This document shows positions 27,016 through 39,749 of a stretch of DNA of 64,000 bases, piece by piece. Numbering within the stretch: the stretch's first letter is position 1; each line of letters opens with the position of its first letter. The position numbers were made by a program, and so were the translations under genes. The notes beneath the pieces are model-generated. The model was not told the origin of the DNA. It was given only the letters and a program-made list of their open reading frames with translations, and ran no database searches. Source of the stretch: Eledone cirrhosa (Eukaryota); contig OZ024759.1 of assembly GCA_964016885.1 (NCBI GenBank), forward strand, positions 19,468,001 to 19,532,000, in the 5' to 3' direction.

Positions 27016-27050
<35 letters not shown>

Positions 27051-27051
27051 G

Positions 27052-27094
<43 letters not shown>

Positions 27095-27103
27095 AAGAGA
27101 GAG

Positions 27104-27182
<79 letters not shown>

Positions 27183-27211
27183 AATAGAGAGATATGTATA
27201 TATACATACAG

Positions 27212-27248
<37 letters not shown>

Positions 27249-27377
27249 AAGAGATATGTATATATACATACAGATATATATTTATAGAGAGAGAAAGAGA
27301 GAGATATGTATATATACATACAGATATATATATATAGAGAGAGAGAAAGAAAGAGAGAAATGTATATATACATACAG

Positions 27378-27422
<45 letters not shown>

Positions 27423-27509
27423 TATGTATATATACATACAGATATATATATATAAATATATATATATAGAGAGAGAGAGAAAAAGAGAGATATGTATATA
27501 TACATACAG

Positions 27510-27576
<67 letters not shown>

Positions 27577-27911
27577 AAGATATGTATATATACATGCAGA
27601 TATATATATATATAGAGAGAGAGAGAGAAAGAGAGATATGTATATATACATACAGATATATATTTATAGAGAGAGAAAGAGAGAGATATGTATATATACA
27701 TACAGATATATATATAGAGAGAGAAAGAGAGAGATATGTATATATACATACAGATATATATATATAGAGAGAGAAAGAGATATGTATATATACATACAGA
27801 TATATATATATAGAGAGAGAAAGAGATATGTATATATACATACAGATATATATATATAAATATATATATAGAGAGAGAGAGAGAAAGAAAGATATGTATA
27901 TATACATACAG

Positions 27912-27962
<51 letters not shown>

Positions 27963-27991
27963 AAGAAAGATATGTATATATACATACAGAT

Positions 27992-28022
<31 letters not shown>

Positions 28023-28073
28023 GAGAGAGAGAGAAAGAAAGATATGTATATATACATACAGATACATATATAA

Positions 28074-28106
<33 letters not shown>

Positions 28107-28219
28107 AAAAGAGAGATATGTATATATACATACAGATATATATATATATAAATATATATATATATAGAGAGAGAGAGAGAAAGAAAGATATGTATATATA
28201 CATACAGATACATATATAA

Positions 28220-28252
<33 letters not shown>

Positions 28253-28298
28253 AAAAGAGAGATATGTATATATACATACAGATATATATATATATATA
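26880..28298. repeat. Minisatellite GATATGTATATATACATACAGA-(TA)n-(GA)n
   Basis: Constant ~22-bp core repeated more than 20 times with variable microsatellite lengths. Confidence 0.92.
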
Positions 28299-28300
28299 AT

Positions 28301-28547
28301 AATAAATGAAGACATTCACATAGTCAAAATATATGTTTTATTATAGATATTTCGAAGGTACTGTGCTGTTTTTTTCAGTACGTCCTCGTCAGATAAAATA
28401 CATGAATTGATGTATGACATACCTCAAAGGTCTTGATGGTTCAATTCCAGTATTGGCAGTCGAGGACGTACTGAAAAAAACAACACATACCTTCGAAATA
28501 TATATAATAAAACATATATTTTGATTATGTGAATATCTTCATTTATT
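28301..28547. mobile_element. Inverted pLTR-like repeat (~88-bp arms) with hammerhead motif on the minus strand (28336-28398)
   Basis: Arms 28301-28388 and 28461-28547; minus strand TTTTAT-CTGACGA-GGACGTACT...AGTACCTTC-GAAA-TATCTA-TA-ATAAAA. Confidence 0.7.
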
Positions 28548-28655
28548 AATATTTTGAATAATATTAATAACTCCAGAAAACTTCTTTGTAGAGTGCTTTT
28601 AATCTATTGTAAAACTATATTCATTGAGTAATCAATGAACTATATTAATCTTTGG

Positions 28656-28656
<1 letters not shown>

Positions 28657-28724
<68 letters not shown>

Positions 28725-28799
28725 AAATTCAAAGGGATATTTAAATGATTATTTATGTGGTTGATTTCTTCGGACTAGGGAGAGTAAATACTGAAAATA

Positions 28800-28830
<31 letters not shown>

Positions 28831-28839
28831 CATGTGTTA

Positions 28840-28880
<41 letters not shown>

Positions 28881-29066
28881 CACACACGTATGTATGTATA
28901 TATATATATATACACACACAAACACATGTATAGATATTTATACATACATACATACACACAAACACATATGTATATATACTTTCACAGATATACATGTGTA
29001 TGAATGTGTGCATATGTATGTGTGAATATATACATACATGCATATATGTGAAAGTGTGTGTGTGTG

Positions 29067-29104
<38 letters not shown>

Positions 29105-30068
29105 TAAACACATACATACAGTCATACATCTATACATATACATTCATCCACACACACACACATAGATATACATCCATCCTTCCACACACACACATAGATA
29201 TACATCCATCCACACACACACACACACATAGATATACATCCATCCACACACACACACACATAGATATACATCCATCCACACACACACACACACATAGATA
29301 TACATCCATCCACACACACACACATAGATATACATCCATCCACACACACACACATAGATATACATCCACCCACACACACACACACATAGATATACATCCA
29401 TCCTTCCACACACACACATACATCTACATCTATCCACACACACATACATCTACATCTATCCACACACACATACATATACATCTATCCACACACACACATA
29501 CATCTACATCTATCCACACACACATACATCTACATCTATCCACACACACATACATATACATCTATCCACACACACATACATCTACATCTATCCACACACA
29601 CATACATCTACATCTATCCACACACACATACATATACATCCATCCTTCCACACACACACATACATCTACATCTATCCACACACACATACATATACATCTA
29701 TCCACACACACACATACATCTACATCTATCCACACACACATACATATACATCTATCCACACACACATACATATACATCTATCCACACACACATACATATA
29801 CATCTATCCACACACACACACATATACATCCATCCACACACACACATAGATATACATCCATCTATCCACACACACATAGATATACATCTATCCACACACA
29901 CACACATATACATATACACCTATCCACACACACATATACATACAGTCATACTCAGCTGTTACATGGAATACCAATATCAGCAGTGATGTCTTTAACACTT
30001 CTTTGTGTATTCTGTATATACTTTATGGTATATATACATACATATACACACACACACATACACACACT

Positions 30069-30108
<40 letters not shown>

Positions 30109-30256
30109 CACACACACATACACACCATGCAAGCGTGGAATAGTAGATGTAGAAACGATGATATGACTGTATATGTATGTAGATGTATATATATCTATGT
30201 ATGTATATATGTGTGTATGTATATGTGTGTGTATGTATATATGTATATATATATAA

Positions 30257-30287
<31 letters not shown>

Positions 30288-30330
30288 TATAAATATATAT
30301 ATGTATATACAAATATATATAAGTATATAC
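28657..30330. repeat. (TA)n, (CA)n and CATCTATCCACACACA-type minisatellite
   Basis: Direct inspection. Confidence 0.9.
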
Positions 30331-30385
30331 ATGTCCCACCCTTGCAAACAGGGAAAAGCGGACGTAAAATGATGATGATGATGAT

Positions 30386-30476
<91 letters not shown>

Positions 30477-30537
30477 TGTATGTATGAATGTGTGTAGATA
30501 GGTCAGTATCTATGTATATATACATACATATATATAT

Positions 30538-31055
30538 ATCATCATCATTGTTTAACGTCCATCTTCCATGCTAACATGGGTTAGACGGGAGTTGTCCCAA
30601 TTTGAGGCAAGGCTGGTCGGGTGACCATGTCTCGCTCATATATGACTGTCTGGCAGGTTTTCTACGGCTGGATGCCCTTCCTAACACCAACCACATTTAC
30701 AGTGTGGAACTGGGATCTTTTTACCGTGTTACCTACACGGCCACATTACAGCGTGGACTGTGTGTTTTTTTGTCATGATACCTACACTAACCACATTTAC
30801 AGTGTGGAACTGGGATCTTTTTACCGTGTTACCTACACGGCCACATTACAGCGTGGACTGTGTGTTTTTTTGTCATGACACCTACACCAACCACATTTAC
30901 AGTGTGGAACTGGGATCTTTTTACCGTGTTACCTACACGGCCACATTACAGCGGGGACTGTGTTTTTTTGTCATGACACCTAGACGATCTCGATCTCATT
31001 ATCTCATTTATTTGGACTGGATGTTGTGGTACCAACTTTACAGAGAGAGGGTGGT
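30538..31055 (-). mobile_element. RTE subfamily 2 3'UTR with ~101-bp internal triplication
   Basis: Reverse-complement match to 49950-50258; AACCACATTTACAGTGTGGAACTGGG... starts at 30689, 30789 and 30889. Confidence 0.85.
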
Positions 31056-31500
31056 GTTAATATGTGATCTATATATGTGTGTGTATAATTATAATCATTC
31101 AACATGCGTTGATAATCTACACACACAGACACACACAATGATAAAAAAGAACAGATAAGGTTATATCTATATATATATATGTTTGTGCATGTGTATTCAT
31201 ATGTATGTATATGTATATATGTTATGTATATATGTGTTTGTTGGCATGCATATGTGTATATATATATATATATATATATGGTCCCATATGTGAGTATGAC
31301 TAGATAAAAGTTCAGTGCATTCATATATATAATCAGCTAACACATCACAAATACAAAGGATATGGTTCAATTCCCATGCATACTAAACCCCATTTTTTTC
31401 TGTTAAAGGAGCTGGGAGCCCTGGTATTTGACTATTTTCTATATTTAAAAATCACGCTGAAAGCTGCCAATTCTATTCAAATTTTATATGTATGTGTGTG

Positions 31501-31531
<31 letters not shown>

Positions 31532-31943
31532 ATGTATGTGTATATGTATGTATATGTATGTGTGTATATATATATGTGTGTGTGTGTGTGTATGTATGTG
31601 TATATGTATGTATATGTATGTGTGTGTATGTATATGTATGTATGTATATATATGTTGTATAATTATAAACACACACACCAGACACACACATACACACATA
31701 TTTAACTCCATCCTGTATTATATATCTACACATACATACACACACTCATACACACACTCATACACACATATCTGACTCCATGCTGTATATATATATATAT
31801 ATACATATATTCACACACACACACACTCATATCTGACTTTGTCGTTTTCAATACTCTGTAACATGTAATACCACTTTTCTACAAAAACAAATTTCACTTT
31901 GTTTGGGTCTGTGTGTGTTTGTTTATATATATATATGTATATA

Positions 31944-32291
31944 CATGGAGGCACATGGCTTAGTGGTTAGAGCATTGGCCTTGCAATCGAAAGGTTGTGA
32001 GTTCAATTCTCAGACCGGGTGATGTGTTGTTTCCTTGAGCAAGACACTTTATTTCACGTTGCTCCAGTTTACTCAGCTGTAGAAATGAGATGATAGGGAC
32101 TGGGGTCCCTATCATTCCACTGCAAAGTGGTCGTGGAGGTGCCACAGCAAAAAAGCACCCAGCACTCACTGTAAATGAGGTTGGTGTTAGGAAGGGCATC
32201 CAGCTGTAGAAATCAAGCCAAAATCAGTTCCCGTCCCACCCTTGCAAGCAGGGAAAAAGCGGACGTAAAATGAAATGATGATGAATGATGA
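31944..32291 (+). mobile_element. tRNA-derived SINE family B, full length
   Basis: Box A TGGCTTAGTGG 31956-31966, box B GAGTTCAATTC 31999-32009, 10-bp hairpin 32091-32114, a segment matching the RTE 3'UTR, (ATG)n tail. Confidence 0.92.
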
Positions 32292-32350
32292 TATATACTT
32301 ATATATGTACATTGAACTACCCCAGGTTGAATGATATAAAAATGTTTGTT

Positions 32351-32560
32351 TTAACCCTTTAGCATTTACATTACTTTCTATTTCATGTTTTCTATTATAT
32401 TTCAACGTTAAACATTTTATCTTACATAATATGGAATCTATGAGATTTTGATATTATTTATTTTGAGAGCAATACCTTAATATAAGTTATGGCCGGTTTG
32501 AATAGAAAAAGGTGAAAGAATTTTTGCCGGATACTCCCTGTTTAAATGCTAAAGGGTTAA
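32351..32560. mobile_element. piggyBac-type MITE
   Basis: TTAA-CCCTTTAGCATTTA ... TAAATGCTAAAGGG-TTAA. Confidence 0.85.
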
Positions 32561-32612
32561 AGTGTTTATATTTATCTAAAGCCCTTCCATCATAACTGTG
32601 TGTAATATTTGT

Positions 32613-32784
32613 TACCGTATTTTCCGGCGCCAAAGACACTTTGTCCTCGAGGACGCACCCTAATTTTGACAACCAAAAATTTGAAAAAAAATAATAAACA
32701 ACCTTCGGCCTGCAGGACGCATGGTAGATTTTTGAGACTTATTTTAAAAAAAAAGTAGCATCTTTGATGCCAGGAAATACGGTA
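32613..32784. mobile_element. Tc2/pogo-like MITE
   Basis: TIRs TACCGTATTTTCCGGCGCCAAAGA and TCTTTGATGCCAGGAAATACGGTA with TA ends. Confidence 0.7.
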
Positions 32785-32960
32785 AGTTGTTTTCAAACCC
32801 CAGACAAAATAATGAGAAGTTAGTCTTATAACAATTCTGTTTGTGTTTTTGATTATGATCAAAGACATTGTTATTTTTTTTTTTTTCAATTAGCAATATG
32901 GTCACGAAAGTGTTAAAATTTTAAAGCTCTTATTTCTGTTGTGGACTCTCATTGTCTATT

Positions 32961-33577
32961 TCATCATTTCACGTCTGCTTTTCCCTGCTTACAGGGGTGG
33001 GACAATGTTTGTGTTTGTATATGTATACCGAGGTAAGAGGCATAACTAGGTAAAATAGCGCCTATGGCAAGGAATGAAATTGTATCCCTAGTGGGATGGG
33101 TCCTATTCAACCCAGCATCTCTCCAGTCATTATCTCCTGTGAGCTTCAGCGATCTGAGGTCAGCTCTCATCACCTCCACCCTTGTTTTATGTGGTCTTCC
33201 TCTACTGCGTCTTCCTTCCACTGGGATCAGCTGGCATTTCTTCACCCAGCGGTCATCCTCCATGTGCATCACATGTCCATACCAACACAGTCTTCTCTCC
33301 TGTACACTACAACTTATCCCTCTTATACACAGTTTCTCTCTCAACTCGTCTATGCTTGGTTGTTTACGCACAATTACATTGCACATCCAACGGAGCATGC
33401 TTGCTTCATTTCTCTCCAACTGTCGCATATCCTCTGCAGTTGCTGCCCATGTCTCACTACCATGCAGCATCACGCATCTCATACAACCGACCTTTCATTT
33501 GTAGGGAGAAACTCTTCATTGTCAACAGAGGAAGCAGCTCCCTAAACTTCTTCCATCCTGTCCTTATTCTAGATACT
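32961..33577 (-). mobile_element. RTE LINE subfamily 3, decayed 3' fragment
   Basis: RIRTGWKKFRELLPLL...MLHGSETWA...LERNEASMLRWMCN...WYGHVMHM...RGRP, with a frameshift near 33490. Confidence 0.9.
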
Positions 33578-33580
33578 AGA

Positions 33581-36500
33581 GACACTGAGTGTTTCAGGTC
33601 TTACAACATAGTCACCCTCATCCAAGTGATCCAATTACAGGATACATCATCAGTTTTATGACCTGGAGTCACTGACTGTTTGAGGTCTTACAACATGGTC
33701 ACCTTCATCTAAGTGACCGAACTACGGGACTCATCATCAATATTGTTTCCTGGAGTAGCTGTTTCAGGTCTTACAACATAGTCACCCTCATCCAAGTGAC
33801 CCAATTACAGGACAAATCATCAGTGTTGTATCCTGGATTTACTGGGTGTTTCAGGTCTTACAACATAGTCACCCTCATCCAAGTGACCCAATTACAAGAC
33901 AAATCATCAGTGTTGTATCCTGGATTTACTGGATGTTTCAGGTCTTACAACATAGTCACCCTCATCCAAGTGACCCAATTACAAGACAAATCATCAGTGT
34001 TGTATCCTGGATTTACTGGGTGTTTCAGGTCTTACAACATAGTCACCCTCATCCAAGTGACCCAATTACAGGACAAATCATCAGTGTTGTATCCTGGATT
34101 TACTGGCTGTTTCAGGTCTTACAACATAGTCACCCTCATCTAAGTGACCCAATTACAGGACAAATCATCAGTGTTGTATCCTGGATTTACTGGGTGTTTC
34201 AGGTCTTACAACATAGTCACTCTCATCCAAGTGACCCAATTACAGGACAAATCATCAGTGTTGTATCCTGGATTTACTGGGTGTTTCAGGTCTTACAACA
34301 TAGTCACCCTCATCCAAGTGACCCAATTACAGGACAAATCATCAGTGTTGTATCCTGGATTTACTGGGTGTTTCAGGTCTTACAACATAGTCACCCTCAT
34401 CTAAGTGACCCAATTACAGGACAAATCATCAGTGTTGTATCCTGGATTTACTGGGTGTTTCAGGTCTTACAACATAGTCACTCTCATCCAAGTGACCCAA
34501 TTACAGGACAAATCATCAGTGTTGTATCCTGGATTTACTGGGTGTTTCAGGTCTTACAACATAGTCACCCTCATCCAAGTGACCCAATTACAGGACAAAT
34601 CATCAGTGTTGTATCCTGGATTTACTGGGTGTTTCAGGTCTTACAACATAGTCACCCTCATCTAAGTGACCCAATTACAGGACAAATCATCAGTGTTGTA
34701 TCCTGGATTTACTGGATGTTTCAGGTCTTACAACATAGTCACTCTCATCCAAGTGACCCAATTACAGGACAAATCATCAGTGTTGTATCCTGGATTTACT
34801 GGGTGTTTCAGGTCTTACAACATAGTCACTCTCATCCAAGTGACCCAATTACAGGACAAATCATCAGTGTTGTATCCTGGATTTACTGGGTGTTTCAGGT
34901 CTTACAACATAGTCACTCTCATCCAAGTGACCCAATTACAGGACAAATCATCAGTGTTGTATCCTGGATTTACTGGGTGTTTCAGGTCTTACAACATAGT
35001 CACCCTCATCCAAGTGACCCAATTACAGGACAAATCATCAGTGTTGTATCCTGGATTTACTGGGTGTTTCAGGTCTTACAACATAGTCACCCTCATCTAA
35101 GTGACCCAATTACAGGACAAATCATCAGTGTTGTATCCTGGATTTACTGGGTGTTTCAGGTCTTACAACATAGTCACTCTCATCCAAGTGACCCAATTAC
35201 AGGACAAATCATCAGTGTTGTATCCTGGATTTACTGGGTGTTTCAGGTCTTACAACATAGTCACCCTCATCCAAGTGACCCAATTACAGGACAAATCATC
35301 AGTGTTGTATCCTGGATTTACTGGGTGTTTCAGGTCTTACAACATAGTCACCCTCATCTAAGTGACCCAATTACAGGACAAATCATCAGTGTTGTATCCT
35401 GGATTTACTGGATGTTTCAGGTCTTACAACATAGTCACTCTCATCCAAGTGACCCAATTACAGGACAAATCATCAGTGTTGTATCCTGGATTTACTGGGT
35501 GTTTCAGGTCTTACAACATAGTCACTCTCATCCAAGTGACCCAATTACAGGACAAATCATCAGTGTTGTATCCTGGATTTACTGGATGTTTCAGGTCTTA
35601 CAACATAGTCACTCTCATCCAAGTGACCCAATTACAGGACAAATCATCAGTGTTGTATCCTGGATTTACCGGGTGTTTCAGGTCTTACAACATAGTCACT
35701 CTCATCCAAGTGACCCAATTACGAGACAAATCATCAGTGTTGTATCCTGGATTTACTGGGTGTTTCAGGTCTTACAACATAGTCACTCTCATCCAAGTGA
35801 CCCAATTACAGGACAAATCATCAGTGTTGTATCCTGGATTTACTGGATGTTTCAGGTCTTACAACATAGTCACTCTCATCCAAGTGACCCAATTACAGGA
35901 CAAATCATCAGTGTTGTATCCTGGATTTACCGGGTGTTTCAGGTCTTACAACATAGTCACTCTCATCCAAGTGACCCAATTACGAGACAAATCATCAGTG
36001 TTGTATCCTGGATTTACTGGGTGTTTCAGGTCTTACAACATAGTCACCCTCATCCAAGTGACCCAATTACAGGACAAATCATCAGTGTTGTATCCTGGAT
36101 TTACTGGGTGTTTCAGGTCTTACAACATAGTCACTCTCATCCAAGTGACCCAATTACAGGACAAATCATCAGTGTTGTATCCTGGATTTACTGGGTGTTT
36201 CAGGTCTTACAACATAGTCACTCTCATCCAAGTGACCTAATTACAGGACAAATCATCAGTGTTGTATCCTGGATTTACTGGGTGTTTCAGGTCTTACAAC
36301 ATAGTCACTCTCATCCAAGTGACCCAATTACAGGACAAATCATCAGTGTTGTATCCTGGATTTACTGGGTGTTTCAGGTCTTACAACATAGTCACCTTCA
36401 TCTAAGTGACCCAATTACAAGACAAATCATCAGTGTTGTATCCTGGATTTACTGGGTGTTTCAGGTCTTACAACATAGTCACTCTCATCCAAGTGACCCA

Positions 36501-39285
36501 ATTACAGGACAAATCATCAGTGTTGTATCCTGGATTTACTGGGTGTTTCAGGTCTTACAACATAGTCACTCTCATCCAAGTGACCCAATTACAAGACAAA
36601 TCATCAGTGTTGTATCCTGGATTTACTGGGTGTTTCAGGTCTTACAACATAGTCACCTTCATCTAAGTGACCCAATTACAAGACAAATCATCAGTGTTGT
36701 ATCCTGGATTTACTGGGTGTTTCAGGTCTTACAACATAGTCACTCTCATCCAAGTGACCCAATTACAGGACAAATCATCAGTGTTGTATCCTGGATTTAC
36801 TGGGTGTTTCAGGTCTTACAACATAGTCACTCTCATCCAAGTGACCCAATTACAGGACAAATCATCAGTGTTGTATCCTGGATTTACTGGGTGTTTCAGG
36901 TCTTACAACATAGTCACCTTCATCTAAGTGACCCAATTACAAGACAAATCATCAGTGTTGTATCCTGGATTTACTGGGTGTTTCAGGTCTTACAACATAG
37001 TCACTCTCATCCAAGTGACCCAATTACAGGACAAATCATCAGTGTTGTATCCTGGATTTACTGGGTGTTTCAGGTCTTACAACATAGTCACTCTCATCCA
37101 AGTGACCCAATTACAAGACAAATCATCAGTGTTGTATCCTGGATTTACTGGGTGTTTCAGGTCTTACAACATAGTCACTCTCATCCAAGTGACCCAATTA
37201 CAGGACAAATCATCAGTGTTGTATCCTGGATTTACTGGGTGTTTCAGGTCTTACAACATAGTCACTCTCATCCAAGTGACCCAATTACAGGACAAATCAT
37301 CAGTGTTGTATCCTGGATTTACTGGGTGTTTCAGGTCTTACAACATAGTCACTCTCATCCAAGTGACCCAATTACAAGACAAATCATCAGTGTTGTATCC
37401 TGGATTTACCGGGTGTTTCAGGTCTTACAACATAGTCACTCTCATCCAAGTGACCCAATTACAAGACAAATCATCAGTGTTGTATCCTGGATTTACTGGG
37501 TGTTTGAGGTCTTACAACATAGTCACTCTCATCCAAGTGACCCAATTACAAGACAAATCATCAGTGTTGTATCCTGGATTTACTGGGTGTTTGAGGTCTT
37601 ACAACATAGTCACTCTCATCCAAGTGACCCAATTACAAGACAAATCATCAGTGTTGTATCCTGGATTTACTGGGTGTTTCAGGTCTTACAACATAGTCAC
37701 TCTCATCCAAGTGACCCAATTACAAGACAAATCATCAGTGTTGTATCCTGGATTTACTGGCTGTTTCAGGTCTTACAACATAGTCACCCTCATCTAAGTG
37801 ACCCAATTACAGGACAAATCATCAGTGTTGTATCCTGGATTTACTGGATGTTTCAGGTCTTACAACATAGTCACCCTCATCCAAGTGACCCAATTACAGG
37901 ACAAATCATCAGTGTTGTATCCTGGATTTACTGGGTGTTTCAGGTCTTACAACATAGTCACTCTCATCCAAGTGACCCAATTACAGGACAAATCATCAGT
38001 GTTGTATCCTGGATTTACTGGGTGTTTCAGGTCTTACAACATAGTCACTCTCATCCAAGTGACCCAATTACAGGACAAATCATCAGTGTTGTATCCTGGA
38101 TTTACTGGGTGTTTCAGGTCTTACAACATAGTCACTCTCATCCAAGTGACCCAATTACAGGACAAATCATCAGTGTTGTATCCTGGATTTACTGGGTGTT
38201 TCAGGTCTTACAACATAGTCACTCTCATCCAAGTGACCCAATTACAAGACAAATCATCAGTGTTGTATCCTGGATTTACTGGGTGTTTCAGGTCTTACAA
38301 CATAGTCACTCTCATCCAAGTGACCCAATTACAGGACAAATCATCAGTGTTGTATCCTGGATTTACTGGGTGTTTGAGGTCTTACAACATAGTCACTCTC
38401 ATCCAAGTGACCCAATTACAGGACAAATCATCAGTGTTGTATCCTGGATTTACTGGGTGTTTCAGGTCTTACAACATAGTCACTCTCATCCAAGTGACCC
38501 AATTACAGGACAAATCATCAGTGTTGTATCCTGGATTTACTGGATGTTTCAGGTCTTACAACATAGTCACTCTCATCCAAGTGACCCAATTACAGGACAA
38601 ATCATCAGTGTTGTATCCTGGATTTACTGGGTGTTTGAGGTCTTACAACATAGTCACTCTCATCCAAGTGACCTAATTACAGGACAAATCATCAGTGTTG
38701 TATCCTGGATTTACTGGGTGTTTCAGGTCTTACAACATAGTCACCCTCATCCAAGTGACCCAATTACAAGACAAATCATCAGTGTTGTATCCTGGATTTA
38801 CTGGGTGTTTCAGGTCTTACAACATAGTCACTCTCATCCAAGTGACCCAATTACAGGACAAATCATCAGTGTTGTGTCCTGGATTTACTGGGTGTTTCAG
38901 GTCTTACAACATAGTCACTCTCATCCAAGTGACCCAATTACAGGACAAATCATCAGTGTTGTATCCTGGATTTACTGGGTGTTTCAGGTCTTACAACATA
39001 GTCACTCTCATCCAAGTGACCCAATTACAGGACAAATCATCAGTGTTGTATCCTGGATTTACTGGGTGTTTCAGGTCTTACAACATAGTCACTCTCATCC
39101 AAGTGACCCAATTACGAGACAAATCATCAGTGTTGTATCCTGGATTTACTGGGTGTTTCAGGTCTTACAACATAGTCACTCTCATCCAAGTGACCCAATT
39201 ACGAGACAAATCATCAGTGTTGTATCCTGGATTTACTGGGTGTTTCAGGTCTTACAACATAGTCACTCTCATCCAAGTGACCCAA
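33581..39285. repeat. 87-bp tandem array, ~65 copies, highly homogeneous
   Basis: Unit TGTTTCAGGTCTTACAACATAGTCACYCTCATCCAAGTGACCCAATTACAGGACAAATCATCAGTGTTGTATCCTGGATTTACTGGG. 33847 to 39241 is exactly 62 x 87; two diverged units lie at the left edge. Confidence 0.97.
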
Positions 39286-39504
39286 CTAAGTTTGATTCAA
39301 GCCTCACATTGTGTGTCCAAGTGGCATACATGCCACTAACCCTATTGGTCACTTCTCTATTGCAGGTTTCGAGGTTTACAACATGCACCTGCCCTCAACC
39401 ATGTGAGTCACCATGTGAGTCACTGTGTGTTTCTGTAGGTTTTGCCAAGGGATGAAAAGGCTAACCCCCACTGGTTTGTAAATATAGGGGTGGGGGGTCT
39501 TTTT

Positions 39505-39748
39505 CTTCATCATCATCATACCATCATCATACCATCATCATCATCATCATCACCATCTTCATCATCATCACCATCTTCATCATCATCACCATCTTCATCA
39601 TACCATCATACCATCATCACCATCATACCATCATACCATCATCACCATCAAACCATCATCATCATCACCATCAAACCATCATCATCATCACCATCATACC
39701 ATCATCATCATCATCATCATCATACCATCATCATCATCATCATCATCT
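39505..39748. repeat. (CAT/CAC)n microsatellite
   Basis: Direct inspection. Confidence 0.9.
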
Positions 39749-39749
39749 C

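Noticed and set aside
26858-31775. Numerous YI/HT/CV/SL-rich ORFs
   Set aside because: Dinucleotide microsatellite translations.
31950-32020. tRNA gene
   Set aside because: A and B boxes are present, but there is no proper acceptor stem and the sequence continues into a multi-copy SINE body.
33846-39455. 1869-aa ORF of 29-aa repeats
   Set aside because: It follows from an 87-bp unit with a stop-free frame; a second plus frame is almost as open, and there is no unique domain or credible start.
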